Source of the DNA: Macrostomum lignano
Taxonomy: Eukaryota
Assembly (NCBI GenBank): GCA_002269645.1
Contig: NIVC01001713.1
Coordinates: 182,675 to 246,674 of the forward strand
DNA length: 64,000 nt
Direction: 5' to 3'
Part shown: positions 24,581 through 44,451 of the stretch, in pieces
How positions within the stretch are numbered: the stretch's first letter is position 1
Layout: each line of letters opens with the position of its first letter
Made by a program: the position numbers and the translations under genes
The notes under the pieces: model-generated
The model's input: only the letters and a program-made list of their open reading frames with translations
The model's database searches: none
What the model was told of the DNA's origin: nothing

Positions 24581-25400
24581 AAGCGAGCAGAAGTGCCTAT
24601 GGGAACCATCTGCCTGCAGCTGCAGTTGGGCGATCCAGCGCGCAACGCAGAACAGTCAGAGAAGCGCCAAGCGGTCTCGCATGCACAATCAGTAGTATAT
24701 GATGCATAAATAGCAATAAAAACTATTTGGTAATGAAAATAAATAAAAAGCGGTCAATTGAAAGCGATTAAGGCTACACAGAATCAACATTGTCAAAAAG
24801 CCAGTGAAATTACTGACCAACAACAGAATTATAGGATTTGCAAAATAACCTATAAGTATAAAAATAGCAAAACATTTGCGTGTAGATATAAGTATACTAT
24901 AATGTCTGTTTTCTATATACTCAGAAAATGTTTCACTTCCAATTAAAAAATCAATTTGGGAAATTCCTCGAGTTGGGAAACCGTAAGCCATAGTTTATAA
25001 TAGTGTGATTATAAAAAAACTAATCACTAAGCATATACATAAGCATCTAACGTATATATCTATCTATCTATATTGCACAACAACAATAATGCGAAAACAG
25101 GCGGCAATCTCCAAATAAAAAAGCAGTAAAAAGAGGACAGTTCAGAAACTGCGCTGTAAAAAGTCAGTCGGTTAAAAAAGAGTAAAGACTCGAAACACAC
25201 GGAACTACGCCAGCTAAAAATAAATACAGAATCGTGCCTATTGCAGAGTCCACCATATAGTGCTAGCAGAGATGCACAAGAGTCCGCTAAATAAAGCTGG
25301 TGTAAAATATTTTATTACAAACGATTAGAGCATTGCTTTGATCAATTTTGCTAAGTGGCGTAACATTACTGTAAGCACTTCGGAGCCGTGTCAATATAAA

Positions 25401-25615
25401 CAGCCAATCAGATTGCAGTGAGGGATTCTGACAGCCAATCAGATTGCAGTGAGGGATTCTGACAGCCAATCATATTGCAGTTGGGGATTCTGACAGCCAA
25501 TCATATTGCAGTGAGGGATTCTGACAGCCAATCAGATTGCAGTAAGGGATTCTGACAGCCAATCAGATTGCAGTAAGGGATTCTGACAGCCAATCAGATT
25601 GCAGTGAGGGATTGG
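25401..25615. repeat. 31-bp minisatellite, 7 units, each with AGCCAATCA
   Basis: CAGCCAATCAGATTGCAGTGAGGGATTCTGA; period 31. Confidence 0.92.
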
Positions 25616-26160
25616 TGACTCTGGGACAAAGGGCAAAGGTTGCTGATTCCGTGAGCCAATCACATTGCTACCAAAAGTAAAATCTGATTCATGCAACATT
25701 CGCGGAGCAGCAAAAATTGAAAGAGCGGACAGAACTCGTTAGCCAGAAATTCGAACAAAATCGAGCGTCAAAAGCGCAAGCAGCGGCTCTACAGGACAGA
25801 AGCAAGTTAAAGCGAGTTTTATAAATAGCGAACCCTACAGCTTACACATACACATAATGATATGACACCACAAAGTGCTATTGTTCGAATCAGGCAATAA
25901 ATCATAATTTATCAAACAGACTGAGACGAATAAAAGTTGAATCGTTTAAAAATGTCAGAAAAAGATCAGCGTGATAATATTAATAATAACAATATAGTAA
26001 CTAATGCAGAATAAACAGAGTCAGCTATATTAGTTGGCTGCCTTAGCCGTGTTCGAGATACAGCTCGAGAGTGACACACGCCGCGATGGGGAGGCGGGTG
26101 AGGGGAAGCAGATTATAGGGACCCTTTAACTAGCGAACTCAACCCGTTCTCCAAATCCCT

Positions 26161-30050
<3,890 letters not shown>

Positions 30051-30084
30051 AAGCAAAGCGGTAGAGAGCGGCTAATTATCGGGG

Positions 30085-31715
30085 GCGGCTGATCAGAGGA
30101 TTGTGGGAGATGGCGGCTGATCAGAGGATTGTGGGAGATGGCGGCTGATCAGAGGATTGTGGGAGATGGCGGCTGATCAGAGGGATTGTGGGAGATGGCG
30201 GCTGATCAGAGGATTGTGGGAGATGGCGGCTGATCAGAGGGATTGTGGGAGATGGCGGCTGATCAGAGGGATTGTGGGAGATGGCGGCTGATCAGAGGAT
30301 TGTGGGAGATGGCGGCTGATCAGAGGGATTGTGGGAGATGGCGGCTGATGAGAGGATTGTGGGAGATGGCGGCTGATGAGAGGGATTGTGGGAGATGGCG
30401 GCTGATCAGAGGATTGTGGGAGATGGCGGCTGATCAGAGGGATTGTGGGAGATGGCGGCTGATCAGAGGGATTGTGGGAGATGGCGGCTGATCAGAGGAT
30501 TGTGGGAGATGGCGGCTGATCAGAGGGATTGTGGGAGATGGCGGCTGATCAGAGGATTGTGGGAGATGGCGGCTGATCAGAGGGATTCTGGGAGATGGCG
30601 GCTGATCAGAGGGATTGTGGGAGATGGCGGCTGATCAGAGGGATTGTGGGAGATGGCGGCTGATCAGAGGATTGTGGGAGATGGCGGCTGATCAGAGGAT
30701 TGTGGGAGATGGCGGCTGATCAGAGGATTGTGGGAGATGGCGGCTGATCAGAGGGATTGTGGGAGATGGCGGCTGATCAGAGGATTGTGGGAGATGGCGG
30801 CTGATCAGAGGATTGTGGGAGATGGCGGCTGATCAGAGGGATTGTGGGAGATGGCGGCTGATCAGAGGATTGTGGGAGATGGCGGCTGATCAGAGGGATT
30901 GTGGGAGATGGCGGCTGATCAGAGGATTGTGGGAGATGGCGGCTGATCAGAGGGATTGTGGGAGATGGCGGCTGATCAGAGGATTGTGGGAGATGGCGGC
31001 TGATCAGAGGGATTGTGGGAGATGGCGGCTGATCAGAGGATTGTGGGAGATGGCGGCTGATCAGAGGATTGTGGGAGATGGCGGCTGATCAGAGGGATTG
31101 TGGGAGATGGCGGCTGATCAGAGGATTGTGGGAGATGGCGGCTGATGAGAGGGATTGTGGGAGATGGCGGCTGATCAGAGGATTGTGGGAGATGGCGGCT
31201 GATCAGAGGGATTGTGGGAGATGGCGGCTGATCAGAGGGATTGTGGGAGATGGCGGCTGATCAGAGGATTGTGGGAGATGGCGGCTGATCAGAGGATTGT
31301 GGGAGATGGCGGCTGATCAGAGGATTGTGGGAGATGGCGGCTGATGAGAGGGATTGTGGGAGATGGCGGCTGATCAGAGGATTGTGGGAGATGGCGGCTG
31401 ATCAGAGGGATTGTGGGAGATGGCGGCTGATCAGAGGGATTGTGGGAGATGGCGGCTGATCAGAGGATTGTGGGAGATGGCGGCTGATCAGAGGGATTGT
31501 GGGAGATGGCGGCTGATCAGAGGATTGTGGGAGATGGCGGCTGATCAAAACGACTGGGAGGAAGGCGGTTGATAAAACGAACTGGGATGGAGGCGGCTGA
31601 TCAAAGGGATTGGGAGGAAGGCGGTTGATAAAAGGAACTAACTGGGAGGGAGGCGGGTGATCAAAGGGATTGAGAGGAAGGCGGCTGATCAAAAGGGACT
31701 GGGAGGGAGGCGGTT
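30085..31715. repeat. 28/29-bp minisatellite between KRR1 and PKC
   Basis: GGGAGATGGCGGCTGATCAGAGG(G)ATTGT; pure to about 31545, then degenerate. Confidence 0.97.
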
Positions 31716-32038
31716 GAGCTTCTAAATAGTTTCACTGTTAGGTAAACTCTTTATAAAAAACAAAAATTGAAAAAGAGATGGACTATTTCGAAAAGCACTG
31801 TCTCTGAATTGTATTTAGGAGTCGGAAATCGAAACCAATTAATTAATTAATCGCAGCCTCATTGGAGTTACTAAACACTTCAGACAATATACCAACAAAA
31901 ATGCTTACATTTTTACTAAAAGTAGCAAAACTGGGAATTTTGGTCACAATTTTATTTTTTAAGCAAATAATACAGACAAAATGCTCGCATTTCTACTAAT
32001 AAATAGAGTAATTAGCGCATCGGATAGCGTCGCACTAT

Positions 32039-33941
<1,903 letters not shown>

Positions 33942-36900
33942 TTAATATTACTAAAAGTAAACACTAATAATAATATGTTTACTAATAGAAGAGTATCAAA
34001 AGGTCCAATATTGTTAATTTCTTATAATTTTCATATATTTCTATTGTTGGTAAATTATTAAGAAAATGCTCAGTACAATTATATTATTTAGTATTTATTA
34101 GGTCACAAATTGTACAGTTGGTTCCATAAGAATATTTTGTGCTAGTCCAGGCCAGTGTCTAAAAATAAAATAGAAATTTACTAAGGCTTTTATTGCTTTT
34201 TAAGCTATCACTAAAGGCCGAGTCTTCTATAATACATAATAAATGCCTAGATTGGCTGCTTCACAAAATTATTTAGTATGACTCTTATAAACAGATTTTA
34301 GTACATAATTGACAAAATAGTTAGTCAAATTATTTAATGTTTATTTTGTCAATTGTGTGAAATTCATACTAGCCATATTAGTTTAGAAACAATTAGAAAT
34401 TAGAATACCATTGCAGCTATGCTAGAATCCTTTTAAAGTTTTTTCTTATATTGGGAAAAAATAAGCCAGCAAAAAGTTGATTCATATTAGTAATTCAAAG
34501 GTCACTTAAATCACTACTAGAACTTTAGGATATGCATATGGATATATAATATGCTTCACTAGTACAAATGCTAACTGTCATGAGCACTGTCTTAATAGCT
34601 AAGGTCTGTCACTTGAACAAATTTCCCAAGTGCTAATAATGCTAATAGAGCTAATGTCTCTATTGCTATTGTCAATAGAGCACATTGTTACCAGAGCAAA
34701 CTGTCTCCACTAGTAATAAGAATATTTGATATCAAAATATCAAAGAGAAGGCTTGGCCTTGGGGTAAGGCAGACAAACACCCCCTTAGCCAATTAGAATT
34801 TAGCAAGCTGCATGTACAGATAAAGCAACGAATAGAAATGGGAACAACTAATGTTGCACAGGTATATAACAAATATAGCTGTCAAATTGCTACTTTACAA
34901 GTTGCTAAAAGAGGCCATCAATAACATATCTTACCTCCAACATTAGAAAGGAATCTCATTGCCAGCTACCACTTCCATAGACCATTGCTACACAAATTCT
35001 TAGCAATTTTGTTTTACTTATAACAGTCACCTTATCTAAATAATACCAAAAACATAAAATTCATAAATCATATATTGATGTTCTATTGATGCTATTTAAA
35101 TATATATATTAAAAGACAACTAAATGACAATGACACTGAATTGCTCTGCTGACATTAGCATTGGAAACATTAGCAATAAACAGAGTTTGCTCTGATAATA
35201 ACTTGCTCTACTGACATTACTGTTAGAGACTTTAGTGTTAATAGAGACTTTGCAATAATGTCAATAACAATTGTGATATTTAGCATTTATATTGATAGTG
35301 ATATACTATAAATATCAATGAATGAAAAAATGGCCTAAAAACAAAAAAAATTGCAATTACTAGCCAACCTAGCCAATCTAATTAACCTATACTGTAATAA
35401 ACCAAGATAAATAATAAAATTAATAACTATGATCTAACTTATAACTTTATGACTTTATGGACTAATTTGATAATTTCATACTTTTTCTAACCATAGTCTG
35501 ACCATAGTCTTTTTAGAATAAATTCCTATATGCATAGGCTTTTAAAATTTCAAGAGTTTTGTTTAACTAATTACTTTGTCTCTGTTTGAATAAGTTAGTC
35601 TGCATATTAGGGGCATAGGAAGGGCCAAGGGGAAGATTAGGGGAAAGTATCCTATAAATAGACCAAGGGATAGTCTATCCCTACAATAAAATTTTTGGCT
35701 ATATATACTTGCAAATTAAATATTTTGGCATATGGCCAAGATGGCTACAGCTCTAAATGTCTAAATCGATAATAATAAGCCTAGATCTATATTTTTCACT
35801 TTTTTATTGGTAATGGCAAAAATTTGTATTAGGTTTGGATCTTAAATTCTTAAGGAGATAGATGCTATAATAAAATTATATTACATTATAATCATTTCTT
35901 TTGGGTTTAGGTTTTATTGTAGCCTGAACTAGGCCTAGATATTTATCTACAAAAATAAAGCAAATAGCCTAGGAGCCTAGCATATAATAAATAGGTTGTT
36001 GCAATTTAAACATAATAATTAATCCAATCGCTATGAGGTTGCTAATTAATGGTAGAGAGAGAATAGATATCGGGGCCTAATAAAGATTTAATGTTGTGGC
36101 CATCTTGGTAGGGTGTCCAGTGAGCCTATTTTTAGTGTGTGCAAAAACGAAAAAACATGAAAAAGTGGTCTTCTTTAAATGGCTATAACTTTTTTAATAT
36201 GTAAGTGTAACAGTGGTGATTCCTATACACTGAGAATCCCACCGCTGCCACCAAAGTTGTCCTAGGGGTTACTTCTGTCTCTAATAATAATTTCACACTG
36301 TCACCAAAAGCTGTCACAGGGCTAATTTACTAATCTCTTAAGTGTTCTTCTTAGGTTGGTAGCTGCCACCAAGATTATTCGATTAATAAATTATGAGTTT
36401 ATCAATATTAGAATAATCTGAGAAATGTTTCTTAGAATAGGTCTGAGTATAAGTCTTTAAGTATCAGTCTAAGTATAAGTCTAAGAATAAGTCTAGGTAT
36501 ATGTCTAAGGATTAGTCTAAGTATCTACTTCTATTGGTAGCGTTCTTAGTATATGTATTGGTAGCGTTCTTAGTATATGCCGAGTGGTCTACTATTGGCC
36601 TGGAATGTATTTCTCAGAATGATCTTCCTTGTAATTCTTTTGTAGTTATTTAAGTGTCTGATCGTCTAGTCCAGTCGTTTAGGCGTTCCGAGATTAGAGG
36701 GTCACGGCCTTCTCAATACTGTATATGTATTCCCGAGATCTACTTTGTTTTACTTCAATCTCCTTGGTATTCTGAGTATCAGTAGTATCTGTGATATGAT
36801 TAACTTCCACTTCACTCTTTGAATCGAAAAATTTACTAAGTCTTGAAAAGATTTCTAAGTAACAGTTTAAGGCTCAACAAGTAGCGAGACTTGAGACTAA

Positions 36901-39863
36901 TTTAGGAACAAGCAATCAGCCAGTTGGTGGCTCTCTGGCCAGATCCCGTCTATTTATACTATTTTGAGACTTGATCAATATTAATTTTGATATATGCAGT
37001 ATTAAAACAAATAGGGCTAAAATTAGTTTTTGGTTTAAAAATACATACAATTTTTACATGAATATTATTATTAAACGTTAGAAGATTAAAACAAATAATA
37101 TGTGAATACTATTCTTGAGTGATAAAACTCGAAATTATTATTGACAAATTTATTTACAAAAACTATTATTATTACTATTAGTAGCATTAAGCGCTTGCAC
37201 ATAAGATATGGCTATGTTCTTATATTCATTAAAAAATAGACAAATAGATCTTTTAAACGACATATAGTTTACATGTTTAGGACATACGGTTACAAAGATA
37301 CAGACTGTCAAACATTGTGTACATTTTTGTACATTTTCAAAACTGTGCCGAATTTGCTTGAAAATATGGGGTCGGGAGGATTTATTTTTTAGTAAAAGAG
37401 TGCATAACTACTAAGAATGCTTGCACAATGGGTGTAGGTAACTTCCTGCAGGTCATTATAAGAAAACTTTTTTGCTCAAAAATATGTACATGTAAAATTT
37501 AAAATGGCCATAACTTTTTAATGAAAAGAGTGGCCACCCTAATTATTTTTGCTACTTACTTCTAGTGATAAAATGAAACTTTTTGGCAAGACAGGATGGG
37601 TATACCTCTTGCCGCAGTATGCTTAACAGAAATTGTCAAAATGCACGAAAATTCCTATAAGGGACATAAAAATTGGGAAATTTTTGAAGCTCGAAAGAAT
37701 GGCCAATTAGCTTCTTTGATAAAATGATAGCAAAACAGGCCAAGCTCTTTGTCCTAAAGGCACATCCTGATAACTTTTGCCTCACCAAAGTTATTAAGCA
37801 TAGTTGGCACATATGTACATGCAATTACACTACAGAGATAGGAAAATGCACATTGAGGGGTTGTACATTGGAAAAGAAGTCATTGCAATTTTTTTTTCAA
37901 AAATGGATAGCAGGACTTACAATATACTTTATCTTTTATGCATTTCTCACTAATCCATCTTTTATTTGCAAATCTTTCAAATGCCAGACACGCTGCAACT
38001 ATACTGTATGGTATCTGCTATGAGTGCCTGACAAGCTCATGGTGCAGCTTTCTACACAGTCGCCTCTGATCATTTCAGCTAGGCCCAAAGATCGCACACA
38101 GCTTATCGGAGGCCTGCATCAGCGCCCCTCTTCTCTAGGGGACCAGGCAACAGCAGCAGCAAAGGTTGGCAAACTGGCGTGCTAGAAGTTGACTCTGGCA
38201 CAGTTGCAGCTGGGACCACTGCAGGAAAGACAAGTGCCTGGCCAGTAGCTTCCTCGCGTATCTTTGACCTCTAAAGGTCCCACACCTACTTCACTTTTGT
38301 TACTGCCTCCCACAGGTTACAAAGTACATCTAGTTCAGTGTCTGCAGGCAGACTAGGGCATTCTGCCGAGCTAATTAAAAATATTAAAGCACTAAAATGT
38401 ACCAGCTGAGTAAAGCTGAGCTGACTAAAAAGGTTCTCAGTCAATTTGGCTACTTGCAGATAAAGTGGATGGGGATGAAAATGGGAGACAAAAGGCACAC
38501 ACTCGCATTTTCTTGACTGCCTGCTGGCTGATGCAGACAACACCCTGGCCCTGGACACTGCTGATGGTGTGACCTATATTCATGCCAAGGCCCTGAAACC
38601 CACCCTGTAACATTGTCTAGATCATGCCTGACTGGCTTGACTGTAGTAGCTATAGTTGTAGTACTGTGGTAGACTCATAGTACAATGAGAAGACCAGCAC
38701 AGCAGATGAAATGCTCATTCAGATATTTGCTGACAAGCTGACTGCAGATGAATTGGTAGCAGACAAATTGACTTGATTACCACAAAAAGCTATTGTGCTG
38801 AAAAGTGGACACAGTGAACAAGTAAATGAATCAAATGATGCAGGTAAACTGTAAAGGTAGATTCAATTGCTGAATTCGGGCATGTCCTTTTCAAACATGA
38901 AAGTAAATGATTTAGTAACATTATTTAGTAAAGCATCAATTCATTAAAATTATCAGATGGACTACAAATAGCTTTTGAATGACTCTAGCATGAAGATAGA
39001 AGATTACAATTGACAGGAGCTACATTGATTTTTTAGACATCCAGAGTGGTACTTTGGAAGACCCATTTTCGTAAAAATAATAGTCAACCATTTGTATACT
39101 ACTTACAGTAGGAAGTCAAAAATCTTACTAATTATAGTATACAAGTATTACTTTGACATGAAAGTAATACAAATCAAGGTTAATAGAAAGTATACCATGA
39201 TAAAGCCAAAAAATTGTACTTTATAAAAAATTTTTCTCCCCCTCTTTTGTCTTAATCCCCATATATCTGCATAAATAGAACAGTATATATGTGCAAAAAT
39301 ATCAGAAAATGTTATGGTAACAAAAATCTACAAAATAACACTTAAAACACTAAAATCAGTTATGAAATAAAAAAGTTACAGACATTTTACTGCAATAAAC
39401 GTTTTTTGCCCAAAAATGACACAGTTTTTAGTGTATTTGAGATAAGAAAAAATACTTTTTTTAAATGGAAAACTTTATAACTTTTTATTACTTGATTAAT
39501 TTTTAAAAGTCTAATGTCATTTCATTTATAATATCCAGGGCTACAACATTGCATGGTAAAAAATTTGATTTTGAAAAAAAATTTTCTCACTGGACCCCCT
39601 AAATTCTTGGTCTTATACCAATATTTTTATATTGACATTGATTACTGTTTTTAAAGGTATCCTAAATTATAAAAAAATACAAATAAGTCAATACTAAGTT
39701 TTATAGTTGGTGTGAATTTAGCCTTTTGCAAATGAACTAATAGTAAACAAATTAACTAGATAGCACTAGGCCTAGAGGCTCTAGACCTTTTCCAAGCTGG
39801 CTTAATTTTTTCAAGCTATTTTCAATGATTTTCAATCAAGTTCACATGATGGCTATATTATAA

Positions 39864-40228
39864 AATTGTTTGTTAAATTCACTGTATGCATATTTTTTTA
39901 ATTGTTTAGCTATTTTGACATTTAGTAGCGCCTCTCTCATTTAAGCCCCAGAGTTTGTAACTAATTTTGCCATAGATACATTTTTTGCCCATGACATTAG
40001 TGCACAAATTCAAAATTGTATAATTGTTAATAGTCATTAAATTTCAGAAAAATCTGGAAAAACTTAGAAATTGCAATAAAAGTTAATTTACAATCCTCTA
40101 CAAATTGAATTTTAATGCCAAAACACTTCTAAAATATTGGCATAATGAAAGTAATTCATTTTTGGCAAGCTTAATGTCAATAGGGCCTAGTTAAAAAAAT
40201 GTGCATACAATGAATTTAATGAACAATT
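39864..40228. mobile_element. Possible MITE with about 37-bp imperfect TIRs
   Basis: AATTGTTTGTTAAATTCACTGTATGCATATTTTTTTAA (from 39864) vs TTAAAAAAATGTGCATACAATGAATTTAATGAACAATT (to 40228). Confidence 0.4.
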
Positions 40229-40653
40229 CTGCAGCAGAAGAGCCCATAGGCCTATGACAATAAAAATGATTTGTCTATATGGTATTTTGATAGGTATCCT
40301 GTAAGATTTTCCTGTACTGTTTTTCCATTAGCTTAGAAATATTTTGTTGCAAACTATGATTGATACTACTTACTAAGGCATGGACAGAATATTATTGTCC
40401 CATTGAAATTGATTGTCTTGCTGATATAGGTCTGATATTAATTCTGCTTAGGCCAACTCCTACAGTTAGAAATACTAATAACAAACTAACTCCAGCAGTT
40501 TTTATAGCAGTAAAGCTTACTGAAATCATTACTACCGTTCTGTTGAAGATTTAGAATTTTAAGTAGGCCTATCAAAATGACATGAATACTCTAAAGAAGG
40601 GGGATTTTACACAATAACATTTCTAAGAAATAGTTTTTTAACCACGAACAATG

Positions 40654-43600
40654 GGGTCGTTCTCAAATTCTGGGAGGAGCAAAAATTTTAACAATTTTCG
40701 GAACATTTACTATTGTTACTGCCGTATTGAAAATAATAGGACACTTTCATCTGTGAATAAAGATAATTTTTAGGTTGAAATTTATGTTGCAAAAGTGTTT
40801 TAAGTTGTCTTGCGGTATTAGGCGATATTAGGTGATGAAAAAATTCAAATTCAATCACTTCACCGATGTCCTAATTTTTGACACTATGATGTCTGTAGCT
40901 AAAAAAAGTTGTTGTTGTGTTGAAAACTTGCTATATTACATTTAAAATGAAAGCTTATATAAATTTAATTTAAGATTTTTTTAAAGCTTAATAAACTGCA
41001 CTATAAATGATTTTATAGACGCTTAACTGTACGCCTAGCATTTCCGGTGGGATAGCCTCTTCTCATTTCACAAAATGTATTTTTCAGCTGACGTCTAGAA
41101 TGTGCGCTTAAAATGATACATTTTGATGCAGATAATTAGAAAAACATGTCTTATTATCATTTTGTAAAAATTGTTATGAAATAGAGTACTATTGTTGATA
41201 AAAATAATTAAAAGCAACCATGCATTGCAATAAACTCCTACTTTGAAGCACAAAATAAATATCCTGTAACCACACTAGCATTCTCCATGGAGCACCTTTT
41301 GAGCTGAAATTTTACACAGATATCGAGTAAAGTAAACTGAGCAAATGATTTTTTTTGTTTTTGAAAATACTTCAATTTGGCTATGTATCAGTTAGTTCAT
41401 TGGACATATTTATTATATTTTTATTAGAATCCTTGTAACCAAGCTACAGAGAAACATGTGCAAAACTGGACCTTGAAATTTGACCTGAATGATCAGCAAA
41501 TGTGTATCTCGAAATGATTTTTTTTTGTTTTCATCAAGTCATTCTATGCTAATTTTTTCTGAAGGGAAAGATACCATATATTTAAAGTCAATAGGGGAAG
41601 CATTTAGACTTATTCAATAGTCATTAAAATTGCAACTATATTATTATAATATAGTAATAATATTATACATGTATTATATAGTAATCTTAACTTCTAAGAT
41701 GCCCTTATAAATTTAAGTAAAGACAACAGGCCTTAATTAATTAATCAGCATTTTGAAGAAACTGACCTTATACAGATGGGCCCCAAGCTAAGAAATGAAT
41801 GTAGAGCTTATTTCGTGTAAGGTATAAAAATCTATTTATTATAATATTAAATACTCCTAATAAATTGGTTAAATTAGTTATTTACCTTGAATTAATTTAA
41901 TTTAATAATTAAATATATAAATTTGTTTCACTTCTTACTGCATTTAAATAGAGTACCTCTCTACTATACTATAAAAGTATAGTAAAAGTATATGGTAAAA
42001 AAGTATAGTAAAAAATTTTCTTTGGTTTAATCCCACCTTGCCTCAGTTTTTTAGTCTTAATACGAGCTAGATAGTAAGTGTTGATTAATTTGCTCCATCA
42101 CCTTTTGCCACGGAAACAGCACATGTCGGACATGCAACACTCTTCCTGATCCCTGGATTCAAGATGACTGCTTCTGCTTCTTCAATGCTTGAAAACTGAG
42201 CTCATGGAGCTTTAGGTTATGCTGTCAGAGTGCTGCTGCCGGTGCTGTGTGTGTATGTGTGTGTCTTCTGCGGGTAGGTTCCCTGTCCCTCAGTTTAGCC
42301 ACTGTTGTGGGCTAACTGGAGGAATTGCCGTTGTCGGTGCTGCAGGTGGCACTGCATGGTAGTATTGACGCTGTCAGTGACGCTGACAAAGGCTTGGACG
42401 AAGCTAGGTGCCGTCATTGTCAGGAGGACAAGCGTGTGCTGCTTAGACCAGTGCGCACATTCGACTGGACTCGTATCTGGTGCAGTCTGGTGTATTCACT
42501 GAGATTGTGTGGATCTGCCTCCTCGCATCACCTCAACCAGGCTCAATTTCTTTTGTAGAATTTTCGTGCGCTGCTTAACTGCATCTTCTGCCTGCTGAGT
42601 GATGCCAAGAATTGTGCCACACAATAATTTGGCCCATAAACTACTCGTATATTATACATATGTATGCACAGCACACACACACGCAGTTCATTCACATTAA
42701 ACGTACTAGTTAATGGAATTCTCATCTCATGAGCTCTAGTCTATGGACAAACCTGAAATTACTAGAATATCTAGACAGATCTAAACTTCTTTGAGCAGCG
42801 CGCTGCGCTGCGAGCAAATACATGTAGATTCCTTAGCGCAACTAATTAATAGTGTAGTACAGTCTACAGCCTGAAGTAGCCTGTGTAAGATGCGGAGGGA
42901 TGATTTTTGCATAGGAAGCCACTACGGTAAGGTTGATGGAACTATGGGGAGGTGAGAGATTCAAAGCGAGGGACGGAAGCCATGCATAGTTCGATCATAA
43001 GTTTGATTATTGCATGAGTCTGGGGATGCATTAACGAGAGGCGGACGAGAGCATAGAAATAAAGCGGGCTAAATATATTAATACACAAAATTACATGTAC
43101 TAGCTTGTAATTTCAGAATGGTCAGCGACTCCTCCGATTTGTATCCGGGACCGCGTGCCCACAAATCCCCCGGCAGACCCTGTCGCAGTTGGTGGTTGTG
43201 CACAGAATACAATGTTAATTTTCGAGCTTCTCTGCAAAAAATGTGTGATGCACTCAAGATGCGTGCTATAGTCTACTTCTTTGATTGATGGCTGGGTTTT
43301 GCCTTTTCGCTTGTGATCATCAAAAGCTTGGGCGTCATTGCTACTGGTGTTTCAGTGTGCGCATTATGTCTGGTTATCATATTATGTGCATGTGCAGTGT
43401 CTTTTACCTACATTTTTGTTTGTCTCTGTTTCCTGCATGCTCTTTCGCATTTTTACACCTCGCACACCCTCATTTTTCTCAATTAACAAGTGAAATCTTT
43501 TCTTAAAGACTAATTGCTATTTTAGTTAAGCTAGTAGGTTTTTGGTAATTAAATAATTCAATTTTGTCTATTTTCCAAAAAGTTTCAAAAAATGAATTAA

Positions 43601-44451
43601 TTAAAATAAATTTGAATTATTTTAAGTTAATTGGAGTAAAATGTCTAACAAGTAACTATAATTTTTTATTTTAAGTACATGTAGCTTTGGTATAAGTATT
43701 AATGTAATGAGTACTTAAAGTAAAATCAAGCAAGTTATAGTTTTCAGAAATTATGCTACAAATAATCAAATATATACTAGTATCCGAATTCCTTTATTAA
43801 GGAACATGCAGTCGATATTAAATCCACAATGTGCTTTTTGGTGTTCAAGGATAGTTCCCTGACTTTTTCTATTATTAGTTAGATTTTATTATATTTAATG
43901 TAAAAATGAACAATTCTATTCGAGGTAAAAATGAACATTCTTTATTTGTCGAATCATCTTGCCTTTGAAAAGAAACATAGTGAAAACTTGATTTTTAATT
44001 CAACCTTTCAAGACTTATTTAGACTTCTCAATTCAGTGATTAGTTAAACTGATCGAAGTTCTTTCGAGTGCATGCTATAATAATTTCGCACTTTTTCGCA
44101 CACGATAATTTTAAATGTCTGGGATTTAGAGCAGAGTAACAAAATGCTGTGCTCAAAAACATTTCCTTTGTCAATTTCTTGTTCTTTTATTTTTGCAAAA
44201 GAAATTTAACTGCATATTTAAAATAAAAATTGAAGAAAATTTTATTTTCTCTTTAATATTTTTGTCGTTTATTTTCCGCAACAAAGAATAACAAATAGCC
44301 TTGATTTCTTCTCAATTTCAAGTTTTCTTGTGGTTTTAGTAGCAGCTTCTTACAGAAATTGTCAAAAGAATTTTTTTTGTACGATTATTGGTCGATGTAT
44401 AAACTTTTTTTGCAATAACAAAAAGTTGTGACCTAGCTTTGAGAACGACCC
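40654..44451. mobile_element. 3.8-kb non-autonomous or decayed TIR DNA transposon (GGG termini, 4-bp TSD; Sola2-like layout)
   Basis: Perfect 14-bp TIR GGGTCGTTCTCAAA at 40654-40667 and TTTGAGAACGACCC at 44438-44451. Identical AATG flanks at 40650-40653 and 44452-44455. No intact transposase ORF inside. Confidence 0.7.

Noticed and set aside
36100-37900. Tc1/mariner-like TIR fragments (AGGGTGTCCA..., AAATGGCYATAACTTTTT at 36178 and 37503)
   Set aside because: No matching opposite terminus or TSD could be defined; too decayed to call.
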